DNA of 64,000 bases from Truepera sp. (GCA_965218435.1 CBDCKW010000009.1:3264001-3328000); one strand, 5' to 3'. Positions 50,201 through 60,951 are shown, numbered from the stretch's first letter. Notes: generated by a model from the letters alone, not told the origin. Translations and numbers: made by a program.

Positions 50201-51610
50201 GTGTCCTATGACGCTGTAGTCGTCGGCTCCGGCCCCAACGGACTCGCTGCTGCGATCACCTTAGCTAGAGCAGGTCTTAAGGTCGCGCTGTTAGAGAGAA
50301 AAGCTGTCACCGGCGGCGGCATGTGGACAGAAGAACTTACGCTACCGGGGTTTAAGCACGACGTCGGTTCGACGGTTCATCCGTTTGGCGTCGGCTCGCC
50401 TTTTTTTCGGAGCTTGCCTTTGGGAAAGTTCGGGCTCGAGTGGGTTCAGCCGGACGCGCCTTTCGCACATCCTTTAGACGATGGTGTGGCGGTAGCCGAG
50501 CGTTCGTTAGCGGCAACCTGCCGAGGTCTAGGCAAAGATGCCGAGATTTATGACCTGCTCATGCGCCCGCTCGTCCGTAACTCAGAAAAACTCAGCGACG
50601 ACTTTTTGGGGCCGCTCCTCCGTTTTCCCGCCTATCCTGTTTCGCTGGCGCGGTTTGGTGTGCGGGGGCTGCCCCCGGCGACGCTCCTCAGCAAAATATT
50701 TCAAGAAGAGAAGACCAAGGCGCTTTTTGCCGGACTCGCCGCGCACGCGGTGATGCCGCTTTCCTCCCCCGGAACCTCGGCGTTCGGGCTCGTTTTAGGA
50801 ATGCTCGCGCACACCGTCGGTTGGCCTTTTCCCAAAGGTGGCGCAGCATCGTTGGCACAGGCGCTGACACGCTACTTTTGCTCACTCGGTGGCGAAGTCT
50901 ATACCGATACTTGGGTGGAGACACCGAACGATGTGCCCGAGGCCAAGGTTGTGCTCTACGACCTTTCGGCCAAGCCGTTTCTTAAATTGATGGGCGATAA
51001 GCTCCCAACAGGTTATCGAGGGTGGTTGGGGCGTTACCGCCTCGGCGCAGGCATATTCAAAATAGATTACGCACTTGACGGCCCGGTACCGTGGAAAGAA
51101 GCCGCCTGTTTACGTGCCGGGACGGTTCATCTGGGCGGGACGCTGGCAGAAATCGCCGCATCCGAACTCGAAGTCGGACAAGGCAGAGCGCCGACGAACC
51201 CTTATATTCTAGCGGCGCAGCACAGCCCTTTTGATAAAACTCGAGCACCCGAGGGCAAACAAACCCTGTGGGCGTACTGTCACGTACCCAACGGTTATGA
51301 CGGGGATATGACGGACAGAATTGAAGCGCAACTCGAGCGTTTTGCACCCGGTTTTAGAGACCGCGTGCTAGCTCGGCACACGATGAACGCGCCCGCTATG
51401 GAGCACTACAATCCCAACTATGTCGGCGGCGACATCAACGGGGGCGCGGCGAGCTTGTGGCAGCTTATCGCCCGGCCCACGCCGCGCCGTTTTCCCTACC
51501 GCACGCCGCTAAAAGGCGTCTACCTCTGTTCAGCGAGTACGCCGCCGTCAGGCGGGGTTCACGGGATGTGCGGCTACTGGGCAGCACAAACGGTGCTCCG
51601 CGACCTTTAG
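50201..51610 (+). CDS. Phytoene-desaturase-like FAD oxidoreductase
   Basis: VVGSGPNGLAAA, TLPGFKHD, NPNYVGGDINGG and YLCSASTPPSGGVHGMCG motifs. Confidence 0.9.
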   Translation: MSYDAVVVGSGPNGLAAAITLARAGLKVALLERKAVTGGGMWTEELTLPGFKHDVGSTVHPFGVGSPFFRSLPLGKFGLEWVQPDAPFAHPLDDGVAVAERSLAATCRGLGKDAEIYDLLMRPLVRNSEKLSDDFLGPLLRFPAYPVSLARFGVRGLPPATLLSKIFQEEKTKALFAGLAAHAVMPLSSPGTSAFGLVLGMLAHTVGWPFPKGGAASLAQALTRYFCSLGGEVYTDTWVETPNDVPEAKVVLYDLSAKPFLKLMGDKLPTGYRGWLGRYRLGAGIFKIDYALDGPVPWKEAACLRAGTVHLGGTLAEIAASELEVGQGRAPTNPYILAAQHSPFDKTRAPEGKQTLWAYCHVPNGYDGDMTDRIEAQLERFAPGFRDRVLARHTMNAPAMEHYNPNYVGGDINGGAASLWQLIARPTPRRFPYRTPLKGVYLCSASTPPSGGVHGMCGYWAAQTVLRDL

Positions 51611-51650
51611 GGGGGTGCGGAGCGCCGACAACCTTACTTCGAGCTATGAT

Positions 51651-52334
51651 CTACGCGGCTTGGACGCCTTCATAAAGGGCCCCCAGCAAGATACTTGCCG
51701 AGGTCGCGCCCGCATCTTGAAATCCGCGAGCACGTTCACCCAAACGGCTTGCCCGCCCGAGTTTGGGTACGAGTTCTTTCGTCTTTTCAACACCTTGCCA
51801 AGCTGCTTCAGTCGCGGCTTTGAGGGTAGCTGCGGCGTCAGCACCGTCACCGCCCTTAGCTTGCGCCGCCTCAGCTGCCGGAACCCAGGCGTCGATCAAG
51901 GTTTTATCGTCAAGCTTAGCCTTGCCGACCTCTTGCATGGCGTTAGCCATCGCGCTCAAGATGTCGGCCCAGATTTGGCCATCACTCAGACTTTGTTGGC
52001 CGTCCGTAGTGTCGGCAGCTGCGGCGAACGCCGCCTCGTAAAGCGGCCCGATAGACGCGCCCACTTCGTCGGCAAACGCTTCGGCCACCGCGCGAAAGGC
52101 GTCGGCCGGGGCTGGGTCTGTCAGTTCGCCCAAGCTGCGCCGCGCGGCCCGCATCCCGATCGTCATGCTGACGCCGTGGTCGCCGTCCCCGACTTCGGAG
52201 TCGAGTTCACAGAGGTAATCTTTGTTGTCCTCGAGCTTCACTGCCGCGCCCTCTAAAATCTTGACGAGCGCCGCGCCGTTTATAGCTTTGCCTGAGGTTG
52301 TCTCGGTAATCGTATTTGAGGTCTCGGTCGTCAT
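51651..52334 (-). CDS. DhaL-like kinase subunit (probable erythrulose kinase L domain)
   Basis: LDSEVGDGDHG, GASIGPLY, DKTLIDAW and GRASRLGERARGFQDAGA motifs. Confidence 0.9.
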   Translation of the reverse strand: MTTETSNTITETTSGKAINGAALVKILEGAAVKLEDNKDYLCELDSEVGDGDHGVSMTIGMRAARRSLGELTDPAPADAFRAVAEAFADEVGASIGPLYEAAFAAAADTTDGQQSLSDGQIWADILSAMANAMQEVGKAKLDDKTLIDAWVPAAEAAQAKGGDGADAAATLKAATEAAWQGVEKTKELVPKLGRASRLGERARGFQDAGATSASILLGALYEGVQAA

Positions 52335-53348
52335 CTAAAACCCTCCCAGCATCGCGCGGTTGTGCGTAAACATCGGGCAGTAGGCGGGCGCGTCAAGCAG
52401 CTCTAAGAGCTCACCGTCTAAACGCATTAGGGTAATCGACGCCCCGGCCATCTCGAGCGAGGTGACGTACTCGCCGACGAACGAACGTCTGATGGTCACG
52501 CGCTCTGCCTCTAAAATCTGCGCGAGTTTGCGGTACATGATGTAGAGCTCTTCGTAAGGGGTCGCGCCCAAACCGTTGACGAGCACCGCCACGTCGGAGC
52601 CGGAAAAGTCCAAGTCCTTCAAGATGTAATCAGTCATCTCTTCGACCAGGTTATCGACCGGTTCGACTTTGGTACGGCGCAACCCCGGTTCACCGTGGAT
52701 GCCGAGCCCGACCTCGAGTTCCCCCTCCGGCAGCGCAAAGGTCGGTTTACCGTTGGCCGGAACCGTACACGCCGAGAGCGCGACGCCCATCGTCCGGGTG
52801 TTGTCGTTGGCTTTTTCGGCTGCCATTTTGACCGCGGCGAGGTCCGCCATCGTCTCGGCTTTGGCCGCCGCCGCCTTAAAGACGAAAAAGTCTCCGGCAA
52901 TACCGCGCCGCCGGTCTTTTTCCTCATTTGGCGCTGAGGCGACGTCGTCGGTCACTAGGACCGTTTCAACCGGAATGCCCTGCTCGCCAGCTTGCGCCGC
53001 CGCCCGGTCGAAGTTCATCACGTCGCCTGCGTAGTTGCCGTAGCTGTACAGAACACCTGCGCCGCCGCTTGCGGCAAGCGTAGCCTCGAGCACCGGTTTC
53101 GCGGGCGGTGAAGCGAAGATATTCCCGATCGGGGCGGCGTCTGCCGCACCTTTGCCGACGTACCCGGCAAAAGCGGGCAGATGGCCCGAGCCGCCGCCGA
53201 CCACCACGCCGACCTTGCCGGGGGTGGGACCGTCTTTGCGGCCGACCGCGCGTTTGCCCACACGTTTTACGGTATCGGCGTGCGCCAAGAGAAAACCCTC
53301 GAGGCTCTCCTCGACAAAATCAAACGGATCGTTGATCAGTTTTTTCAT
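52335..53348 (-). CDS. DhaK-like kinase subunit (probable erythrulose kinase K domain)
   Basis: GGGSGHLP, FASP, NYAGDVMNF, TDDVAS, GIHGEPG and TSLEMAG motifs. Confidence 0.92.
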   Translation of the reverse strand: MKKLINDPFDFVEESLEGFLLAHADTVKRVGKRAVGRKDGPTPGKVGVVVGGGSGHLPAFAGYVGKGAADAAPIGNIFASPPAKPVLEATLAASGGAGVLYSYGNYAGDVMNFDRAAAQAGEQGIPVETVLVTDDVASAPNEEKDRRRGIAGDFFVFKAAAAKAETMADLAAVKMAAEKANDNTRTMGVALSACTVPANGKPTFALPEGELEVGLGIHGEPGLRRTKVEPVDNLVEEMTDYILKDLDFSGSDVAVLVNGLGATPYEELYIMYRKLAQILEAERVTIRRSFVGEYVTSLEMAGASITLMRLDGELLELLDAPAYCPMFTHNRAMLGGF

Positions 53349-53394
53349 CGCTCAGACCCTATGTCTGAGTTTTCTATGTCTGAGTTGATAGAAA

Positions 53395-53886
53395 CTAGCA
53401 CCCGCTACCTACCTTCGCTTCGGTTTCGCGGCGTTCACTCCGGTCAATCTCTTCCATCTTGGTGACCTTACGGCTCGAGTTGCCGCCTTCAAATTCGGAC
53501 TCGAGCCACGCCCCGACGATCTCTTTAGCGAGTTCAGCGCCGATGACCCGCGCCCCGAGCGTGACGATCTGCGCGTTGTTGCTTTTACGCGCCCGCTGCG
53601 CCGAGTAGGTATCGTGTGCCTGCGCCGCCCGCACGCCCGCGACTTTGTTGGCTGTAATCGCCATCCCGATGCCGGTACCACAGATCAAGATGCCGCGTTC
53701 ACTCCGCCCCTCGGCGATGGCTTTGGCAAGGCGGTAGGCTACATCGGGATAGTCGTCTTCAGGGCCGGGGCTATAGTCTTTGACGCTCACGCCGCGCCCC
53801 TTGAGGTAACCCTTAAGCTCGTCTTTTAAGACGTTACCGGCGTCGTCACAACCCAACAACACGGTCTGTTTGGTCAGCTGGCTCAT
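53395..53886 (-). CDS. RpiB family isomerase (probable D-erythrulose-4-phosphate isomerase, DerI-like)
   Basis: GCDDAG, CGTGIGM, ANKVAGVRA, AHDTYSA, RKSNNAQ and LGARVIG motifs. Confidence 0.88.
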   Translation of the reverse strand: MSQLTKQTVLLGCDDAGNVLKDELKGYLKGRGVSVKDYSPGPEDDYPDVAYRLAKAIAEGRSERGILICGTGIGMAITANKVAGVRAAQAHDTYSAQRARKSNNAQIVTLGARVIGAELAKEIVGAWLESEFEGGNSSRKVTKMEEIDRSERRETEAKVGSGC

Positions 53887-54998
53887 CAGGGAATCAACAA
53901 AATCTTGAGTGAGCTGTCACCTTTAGCCATCAGGTCAAAACCTTCTTGATATTTCTCGAGCGGCAGTTGATGTGTGACCACCCCTTCGGTCAGCAGACGC
54001 CCGTCGGCAATCGCTTCAATCGTAAACGGATAGCAGTACGGCCCCAGGTGCGACCCGAGCAGGTCGAGCTCTTTACGGTCGGAGATAATGCTCCAGTCTA
54101 CCGTGACATCTTTCGAGAAAACGCTGAACTCGACGAAACGGCCGAGTTTGCGGATCATTTGCAACCCTTGTTCGACGCCGACCGGACTGCCCGTCGCTTC
54201 GATATACACGTCGCAACCGTACCCGCCGGTCAGGTCTTTGACGATTTTTACGGCGTCTTCCTCGAGCGGGTCGATCACCATATCCGCGCCGAACTTTTTA
54301 GCGAGCTCTAAGCGTTCGGGTTTGGTATCTAAGACGATCAGCTTGCTGGGGTTTTTCAGCCGCGCCGCCCCGACCATTCCGAGTCCGAGCGTTCCAGCAC
54401 CAGCTAACACCACCACGTCGCGGAGCTGAATGTTGCCCCGGTTGACCGCGTGCACCGAGCACGCGTAAGGCTCGACCAAGATGGCTTTCTCAATCGGCAG
54501 GTCACTCGGAATATGGTAGTTGAGCGCCTCTTTGGGAAAGCGCATATATTCGGCCATGCCGCCGTTGACGTTATTTTGAAAGCCGTAGACGTCGTGCTTC
54601 TCGCACATCCAGTATTCGCCCTCGTCGCAAAAGCGGCAGTTCCAGCAAGGGACGATCTGCTCACTGATCAGCCGGTCGCCGACCTTAAACTCACCTTTGG
54701 CGAGGACGTTTTCACCGACTTCGACGGCGACGCCGATAAATTCGTGGCCGGGGATCATCGGCGCTTTGATGTAGGCGGGTTGACCTTTGCCGCCCCAGAA
54801 CGACACCGCGCCGTCACACGCTTTGATGTCGCCCGCGCAGATGCCGCACGCCTCGACCTTGACGATGATGTCGTCAGGTCCGGCGCGGGGCGTTTCGACC
54901 TCTTCAAAACGGTAGTCGCCGGGGGCGTAGGCGACCACGGCGCGCATGGTTTTCGGTAAGGTTTCAGCTTGTTTTTCGGGGGCTAGTGTGTCAGCCAT
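53886..54998 (-). CDS. eltD: Erythritol/L-threitol dehydrogenase-like Zn alcohol dehydrogenase
   Basis: CGICAGDIK, FWG...QPAYIKAPMIPGHEF, SEQIVPCWNCRFC and DWSIISDRKELDLLGSHLGPYCYP, recalled as typical of EltD; consistent gene context. Confidence 0.78.
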   Translation of the reverse strand: MADTLAPEKQAETLPKTMRAVVAYAPGDYRFEEVETPRAGPDDIIVKVEACGICAGDIKACDGAVSFWGGKGQPAYIKAPMIPGHEFIGVAVEVGENVLAKGEFKVGDRLISEQIVPCWNCRFCDEGEYWMCEKHDVYGFQNNVNGGMAEYMRFPKEALNYHIPSDLPIEKAILVEPYACSVHAVNRGNIQLRDVVVLAGAGTLGLGMVGAARLKNPSKLIVLDTKPERLELAKKFGADMVIDPLEEDAVKIVKDLTGGYGCDVYIEATGSPVGVEQGLQMIRKLGRFVEFSVFSKDVTVDWSIISDRKELDLLGSHLGPYCYPFTIEAIADGRLLTEGVVTHQLPLEKYQEGFDLMAKGDSSLKILLIP

Positions 54999-55021
54999 GA
55001 TGGGTCTCGCTTTCTATAGAA

Positions 55022-56215
55022 TTAGATGGTGTGGGTTGAAACGGCTGTTTTGCTCGTGCTGCGCTTGCCTTCTGAACGTTTGGACGTCATGGCGTCGGGC
55101 GCAGCCCCACTCGTCCGGTTAGCGACGGGGATACGGACGCCGGTTTCAGTATCGAACAGCAGCGTGTGCGCGAGGTCGAACTCGAGGTAAACCCGCTCAC
55201 CTTCCCGTAAGCTCCGGGTAATCGGCAGCGTGACGGTCAGTTCCATCTCGCCGTAACGCACCAAGAGCCGTGTTTCGTCGCCCAAGTGCTCCGCGACCGC
55301 GATCTCGCCGGGAATGCTGCCGGGCTGCTCACGGCGGTGAACCGCGATACGGTGCGTGCGAATCCCAAGTTTAACTTTACGGCGCTCGCCCAACGCGTCT
55401 AGTATCTCGGTGCCGACCGGTAGGGCGAACTCCGTACCGGGCAAGCGCAGCGTAGGCGACTCGCCTCGGCTCAGCTCGACCGTAAAGATGTTCATCGGCG
55501 GCTCGCCGATAAAGCCTGCGACAAATTCGTTGGCGGGGTAGTTGTAGACCTCATAAGGGGTCCCGTACTGCTGTAACACACCCAGATCTAAAATCGCAAT
55601 CCGGTCGGCCATCGCCATCGCCTCTAACTGGTCGTGAGTGACGAGCACGGTCGTTGCGCCGACCTCGACGTGGAGGCGTTTGAGTTCGGTACGCATCCGG
55701 AGCCTAGCGCGGGCGTCCAGGTGGCTGAGCGGCTCGTCTAGTAGCAGCAAGGTGGGTTCACGGACCAGGGCGCGGGCGATATTGACGCGCTGTTTTTGAC
55801 CGCCGCTTAAACCCCCCGGTTTGCTGTCTAAGATGTCGGTAATCCCGAGCAGGTGAGAGATACGTTCGATCTTTTTCTTTTGGGTGGCGCGGTCGAGATT
55901 TTTTGCCTTGAGGTTAAAGGCCAAGTTATTGTAGATCGTCAGCGGCGGGTAAAGCGCGTAGTTTTCAAACGCCAGCCCAACGCCGCGATCTTTCGGCGCA
56001 ACACGGTTCATCACCTGGTCGCCGATCAAAAGCTCGCCCGAGGTGATGTCTTCTAAACCGGCAATCATCCGCAAGGTTGACGATTTGCCGCACCCCGACG
56101 GGCCTAAGAGCGCGATAAACTCACCGTCTTCGGACTCTAAGTTGAGGTTATTGAGGGCCGGTTCATGGCCCTTTTCGTAGATTTTGGTAAAGTTCTCGAG
56201 CTTAAGTCTAGCCAC
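55022..56215 (-). CDS. Sugar/polyol ABC ATPase
   Basis: GPSGCGKS, FENYALYP, LSGGQKQR and LLDEPLSHLDA motifs. Confidence 0.93.
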   Translation of the reverse strand: MARLKLENFTKIYEKGHEPALNNLNLESEDGEFIALLGPSGCGKSSTLRMIAGLEDITSGELLIGDQVMNRVAPKDRGVGLAFENYALYPPLTIYNNLAFNLKAKNLDRATQKKKIERISHLLGITDILDSKPGGLSGGQKQRVNIARALVREPTLLLLDEPLSHLDARARLRMRTELKRLHVEVGATTVLVTHDQLEAMAMADRIAILDLGVLQQYGTPYEVYNYPANEFVAGFIGEPPMNIFTVELSRGESPTLRLPGTEFALPVGTEILDALGERRKVKLGIRTHRIAVHRREQPGSIPGEIAVAEHLGDETRLLVRYGEMELTVTLPITRSLREGERVYLEFDLAHTLLFDTETGVRIPVANRTSGAAPDAMTSKRSEGKRSTSKTAVSTHTI

Positions 56216-57353
56216 GTAAAACCCCTTTCCCCTCATCGGCTTCGCGTACGGCGGCTCGAGCTAAAAACTGCCCGCTCCCCTTATCGAAGAAGATCAGGTT
56301 GTCCGGTTTGACCGTAAAGCTGACCGTCTGGTCCATCTTCGGCTGAACTTCAGCGTCAACAAGGGCGCGAACCACCGTGTCTTGCAGCGTTTTAATGATC
56401 AGGATCGCTTTGGCCCCGAGCGGTTCGTAGCTGTAGACCGTTCCCCTTACCCCTTCGTGTTGTCCCAAGCGAACCTGCAGGTCGGCGGGTCGAAACCCGA
56501 GCAACAGGTCTTCGTGACCTAAAAGCTCATCAACGACCTCGGGCGGTACCTCGAATCCGAACTGCCCCCCTTCGACCACAGCCTGCGTCTGCCCGTCACG
56601 CCCGGAATGGAGCGTTGCGCTGAGCATATTGATCTCCGGGTCGCCGAAGCCCTGCGCCACCTCGACACTTTGCGGGCGCAAGTAAACTTCGTCGGGCGTC
56701 CCGATCTGCAGCACCCGGCCTTCGTCCAGCACGATGATGCGGTCGCCCAAGCTGAGCGCCTCTAAGTAGTCATGCGTGACGTAAAGGGTGGTGGTGTCGA
56801 GTTCGCTCTGGACGAGTTTAAGCTCGGTGCGCATCTGATTGCGCAGCTTCGCGTCCAGGTGACTGAGCGGCTCGTCCATCAAGAAAACGGCGGGTTTGCG
56901 GACCAGGGCGCGGCCCAGGGCGACGCGCTGGCGCTGCCCGTTGCTGAGCGCGGTGATCGCCCTATCTAACAGATGGTCAATTTTAAGCGTCGCACCCACC
57001 TGCGTCACGCGCTTGTTGATTTCGGCTTCGTTCAGGTTGGATTTGGGACCACGAAGCGGAAAGGCCATGTTTTCAAACGCGGTCATCTGCGGGTAGAGCG
57101 CGTAGTTTTCAAACACCATCGCAATGTTGCGTTCGCTGGGCTCGAGCGTATTGGCTACTCGCTCTTGGAGCCAGACCTTACCCGCGTCGGGGGTAGCGAT
57201 CCCGGCGATCAAGTTAAGCGTCGTGGTTTTGCCCGCCCCGGCGGAGCCGAAGATCACCACGAACTCTTTTTCCCTAAGCTCGAAACTTACGTTATCGACG
57301 GCGGCGGTTTTGCCGTAGCGTTTACTGATATTTTCCAGCCGTAAAGGAACCAT
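56208..57353 (-). CDS. Second sugar/polyol ABC ATPase
   Basis: GSAGAGKT, LSNGQRQR and MDEPLSHLDA motifs. Confidence 0.93.
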   Translation of the reverse strand: MVPLRLENISKRYGKTAAVDNVSFELREKEFVVIFGSAGAGKTTTLNLIAGIATPDAGKVWLQERVANTLEPSERNIAMVFENYALYPQMTAFENMAFPLRGPKSNLNEAEINKRVTQVGATLKIDHLLDRAITALSNGQRQRVALGRALVRKPAVFLMDEPLSHLDAKLRNQMRTELKLVQSELDTTTLYVTHDYLEALSLGDRIIVLDEGRVLQIGTPDEVYLRPQSVEVAQGFGDPEINMLSATLHSGRDGQTQAVVEGGQFGFEVPPEVVDELLGHEDLLLGFRPADLQVRLGQHEGVRGTVYSYEPLGAKAILIIKTLQDTVVRALVDAEVQPKMDQTVSFTVKPDNLIFFDKGSGQFLARAAVREADEGKGVLRG

Positions 57354-57354
57354 C

Positions 57355-58191
57355 TTAACCCTTCACCGCGCCGAACGAAAGACCCCGGACCAAGTGCCGC
57401 TGAATCGCCAAGGCCAGGAGCACGACCGGTAGCGCGGTAATCGTCGCAGCAGCGGCCAGCTGACCGTAACGCACGCTGTCCGAGCCGATAAACCGCAAGA
57501 TGACGACCGTCGAAGTCTGTGCGTGGTTGCCCGACAACAGGAGCGGAAAGGTAAAGTTGTTCCACGAAAAGATAAACGCCAAGAGTCCGGCGGCGGCCAA
57601 GCCGGGGCGCACGAGCGGGAGCAAGACCTTGAGAAAAACCTGCCACCACGAATAGCCGTCGAGCTGAGCGGCGTACTCGAGCTCGGGCGAAATATCTTCA
57701 AAGTAGCCGCGTACCACCCAGATCAAGAGCGGCAACGCGATCAGCTGATAGACCCAGATCAGTCCGAAGTAGGTGTCTAACAGCCCGATCCGCTGATAAA
57801 TCAAAAAAAGCGGCAAAATCACGAACAGCTCCGGCGCAAAACGAAAGGAGAGCATCGTAAAAGCCAAGTCTTCGCGTCCGGGAAACTTAAAACGGGCCAG
57901 CGCGTAGGCGGCGGGGACACCGACGATCAGCGCGAGCACCACCGCGCCCGTACTGACGATCAGGTTGTTGAGAAAGTACTGCAGGTAGTCCGAGCGCAGA
58001 AAAATCTCCGCGTAGTTCTGCCAGGTCGGATTAAACCTAAACATCGTGGTGAGCATCTGATTATCGGGTTTGAACGACAAAATGAGCATCCACAACAGTG
58101 GGAACAGCGCAAAGAGCGCGTAAAGCGTCAGCGCCAGGTTGCGCAAAACGGCCAGGAAGATACTTTTTCCAGTAGTGGTTTCTGTCATCAT
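57355..58191 (-). CDS. Carbohydrate ABC permease (MalG-like)
   Basis: ELEYAAQLDG EAA loop, FSWNNF and LVRGLSFGAVKG motifs. Confidence 0.93.
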   Translation of the reverse strand: MMTETTTGKSIFLAVLRNLALTLYALFALFPLLWMLILSFKPDNQMLTTMFRFNPTWQNYAEIFLRSDYLQYFLNNLIVSTGAVVLALIVGVPAAYALARFKFPGREDLAFTMLSFRFAPELFVILPLFLIYQRIGLLDTYFGLIWVYQLIALPLLIWVVRGYFEDISPELEYAAQLDGYSWWQVFLKVLLPLVRPGLAAAGLLAFIFSWNNFTFPLLLSGNHAQTSTVVILRFIGSDSVRYGQLAAAATITALPVVLLALAIQRHLVRGLSFGAVKG

Positions 58192-58198
58192 GCCCTCC

Positions 58199-59143
58199 CT
58201 AAAGTCCGGCTGCGCGCCGCTGCGCTGCGCCCCAGACTCTGACTAAAACCCAGCTCGCGGCAAAGACGATCACCCATAAGACCATCATCAGCGGGATACT
58301 TTGCCCTAAGTTGTTGTATAAAAAGCCGGTGTTATAGGCGTTTAGCGACAAGCTCAGGAGCGTATCTCCCGGCCCGCCCTTGGTCGCCGCGAAGATGATG
58401 CTAAATTCTTGCAGCGAGACCATCAAGCGGAAGATCAGCGCAATCAAGAGGTGCGGGGTAATCATCGGCAGGGTCAGGGTGCGAAAGGTAAACCACGCCG
58501 AGCCGCCGTCGAGCTGTGCGGCCTCATAAGGAGCTTTGGGGAGCGACTTGAGCCCGGCCAGGGCCAAGACCATGACAAACGGCGTGTAGACCCAAACGTC
58601 GATCATGACCACCGTAAACATCGCGCTGCTAGACGCCGCCGCCCAGCGAAACCCGCCGAGCCCGACCGCGTTCATGAGCGGGGCCAAGACGCCGACCGAC
58701 GGGTTGGTCATCAGCTGCCAGATCAGCGTTGCGACCACCGGCGCGATCATCAGCGGGAAGATCAGCAGCACCCGCAAGATTTTGGCGTACCGCGATTCGT
58801 TATTTAGCAGCATCGCCACGCCGAGCCCTAAGAGCATCGCCACGCCCGTGGACCAGAGCGCGTACTGCAGCGTGACACTGACCGAGTGCCAAAACGACCG
58901 ACTGGTGAACATCTCGCGGTAGTTCTCGAGGCCCACAAACGCGTAGTCGGGGAAACGAAAGGAAAAGTTCGTTAAGGACAGGTAGATCGCGTAAACGAAG
59001 GGGACCAAAATACCTGCGGTCAAGAGAAATGCCGGGGTCAAAATAAGATAGGGGCGGGCACGCTGGCTCCACGTTGGTTTAACGACGTCGGCTTGACTGG
59101 GCCGGGTTTGCGCGGGTTGTTGGCCTTGGGCAGGAAGTGCCAT
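58199..59143 (-). CDS. Carbohydrate ABC permease (MalF-like)
   Basis: FVGLENY, DVWVYTPF and PYEAAQLDG motifs; start moved to ATG 59143 after AAAGGA. Confidence 0.93.
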   Translation of the reverse strand: MALPAQGQQPAQTRPSQADVVKPTWSQRARPYLILTPAFLLTAGILVPFVYAIYLSLTNFSFRFPDYAFVGLENYREMFTSRSFWHSVSVTLQYALWSTGVAMLLGLGVAMLLNNESRYAKILRVLLIFPLMIAPVVATLIWQLMTNPSVGVLAPLMNAVGLGGFRWAAASSSAMFTVVMIDVWVYTPFVMVLALAGLKSLPKAPYEAAQLDGGSAWFTFRTLTLPMITPHLLIALIFRLMVSLQEFSIIFAATKGGPGDTLLSLSLNAYNTGFLYNNLGQSIPLMMVLWVIVFAASWVLVRVWGAAQRRAAGL

Positions 59144-59358
59144 AGTAAATCCTTTTCTGGTATAGCAGGTATACCCTGGAGGGCACGCGTCAGCTGGTTT
59201 AAGCCTTCTCACAAGGTAGAACATTAGGCAACACGTATATTCTGAGATGAACCTGCAGCAGCTAGCTTTGCGAGCTGAGAGCTGCGGGAACCCAGCTCAG
59301 TTTGATGAAAACCACGGTACTTTAACGCCGTACTTTACTCTCGCCGGAGTTAGCTAAG

Positions 59359-59398
59359 GCGCAGCGGGTGAGACTTCAACAAAGTCTCACCCGTGCGC
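59359..59398 (-). terminator. Stable hairpin after the substrate-binding protein gene (partial terminator or mRNA stabiliser)
   Basis: CGGGTGAGACTT-CAACA-AAGTCTCACCCG, extended by GCGCA/TGCGC. Confidence 0.7.
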
Positions 59399-59423
59399 TT
59401 AAAAAGTTAGCGGCAGGTCGCGC

Positions 59424-60791
59424 CTACTGAGCCCTGACGCGGCTCACGGTCTGGGTGATGCCGTCGGCCAAGTTTTTCATCGTTGATTCGGCGTCACTGC
59501 CTTGTTCAACGATCTCTTGGAGCGCCGCGGCCCACTCGGTGGTGGTCTCGAAGAAGAAGGGTTGCGGCGTAAACTCGATCTTCGCTTCCGGCACGACGGT
59601 GTTGAGGGTGTCGTTATAACCCGAGGCGCTCTTGATGCGGTCGATAAACGCGGGGTCTTGGCGTACCGAATCACGGGCCGGGTTGACCACGCTCGCATTG
59701 ACTGCGCCCCAGAGCATATGCTCCTTGCCGGTAAAGTACTGGATAAACAGCCAAGCTGCATCTTTTTTCGTTGAGCTGCTGTTCATCCCTAAAGACCAAA
59801 TCCACAAGTTCGAGCTGATCGGGTCACCCGCGGCGGCGGCAGGGGGCGGCGCAAAGGCGATGTTGCCGCTCTGCGCCGAAGCACCTTCGACGTTGGCGAA
59901 GTAGCCGACGATATCGGCGTCAAACATCATCGCCGCTTTGCCTGCGCCCAGGTCAGCCGAGCACTGCGACCAGGTGTAACTCGACCAAGCGGGCGGGCCG
60001 CCGTCTTGGATGATCTTGGCCCACTCTTGGGTGGTGCTGATCGCTTCGGGAGAAGCCAAGGCCGAGACGAGCTTGCCGTCTTCGACGGTAAAGTCTTTGG
60101 CACCGGCGCTGGTAAAGGCGGTCATATAACCGGGGTGAATCGTGGCCCATGAGCGCGTTCCGCGGACACACACGCCGTAAGAACCGGCTCCGTTCCAGCC
60201 CTTAAGGTCGCTGGCCAGCTGGTCAAGCTCGGCCAAAGTTTTGGGCGGGGTCAGCCCCTTGTCCTTAAAGAGCGATTTGTTATACGACAGCGTGTAGGCT
60301 TCAAAGCCGAGCGGGAGCGTGTACTGCTCACCCGTACCGACCGGATCGCCGACGTTTAAGCTCCAGCGTCCGCCCGCTAAAACGCCCTGAGAGATGTCTT
60401 CAACGTCGTAGTCGGGGCTGGTTTTGCTGGGGTCGTTTAAGTAAGCGTCAAGCGGTTCCATGTAGCCAGACGAGGCGTAGTCCCACATCTGGTAGATGCC
60501 GGTCATAAAGACGTCGGGGTTACCCGAGCGGGCAAACAAGTTGGTCGTGATGCGGTCAAAGTAGTTGTCTTCGGGGGTGACGTTATACGACACGTTGATG
60601 CCGGTAAGTTCTTTGAACTGCGGCAGCCGCGCGATGATCGCGTCGGAGTAGGGGTGCTGATTGAGTTCGACGTTGAGGGTCGTCCCTTCAGCTTGACGCC
60701 AATCAAATGTTTGTGCTGTTGCAAGTGCGCCGCCGCTACAAAGTAACGCGAGCGTACAGACGAGACCTGAACTTTTTCTAGTAGTGCGCAT
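59424..60791 (-). CDS. Polyol/sugar ABC substrate-binding protein
   Basis: Signal peptide; FDWRQAEGT, FKELTGINV and SNLWIWSLGMN motifs. Confidence 0.9.
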   Translation of the reverse strand: MRTTRKSSGLVCTLALLCSGGALATAQTFDWRQAEGTTLNVELNQHPYSDAIIARLPQFKELTGINVSYNVTPEDNYFDRITTNLFARSGNPDVFMTGIYQMWDYASSGYMEPLDAYLNDPSKTSPDYDVEDISQGVLAGGRWSLNVGDPVGTGEQYTLPLGFEAYTLSYNKSLFKDKGLTPPKTLAELDQLASDLKGWNGAGSYGVCVRGTRSWATIHPGYMTAFTSAGAKDFTVEDGKLVSALASPEAISTTQEWAKIIQDGGPPAWSSYTWSQCSADLGAGKAAMMFDADIVGYFANVEGASAQSGNIAFAPPPAAAAGDPISSNLWIWSLGMNSSSTKKDAAWLFIQYFTGKEHMLWGAVNASVVNPARDSVRQDPAFIDRIKSASGYNDTLNTVVPEAKIEFTPQPFFFETTTEWAAALQEIVEQGSDAESTMKNLADGITQTVSRVRAQ

Positions 60792-60951
60792 AAAGTGTAT
60801 TTATCTCCTTTAATCTACAATGTGTTACTAACTGGGTGTTACTAACTGAACCAGCGCAGAAAAGACAAAACTCCTTTCCAGCGTCTAGTTGCCTGCTCAA
60901 CAAACAGGGTGCCCGGAGGCAAGTCGTGTGTTTAACAATTGCTAGACGCGC

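Noticed and set aside
50201..51610. crtI carotenoid desaturase
   Set aside because: Motifs fit the broad phytoene-dehydrogenase-like family rather than CrtI proper, and there are no crt neighbours
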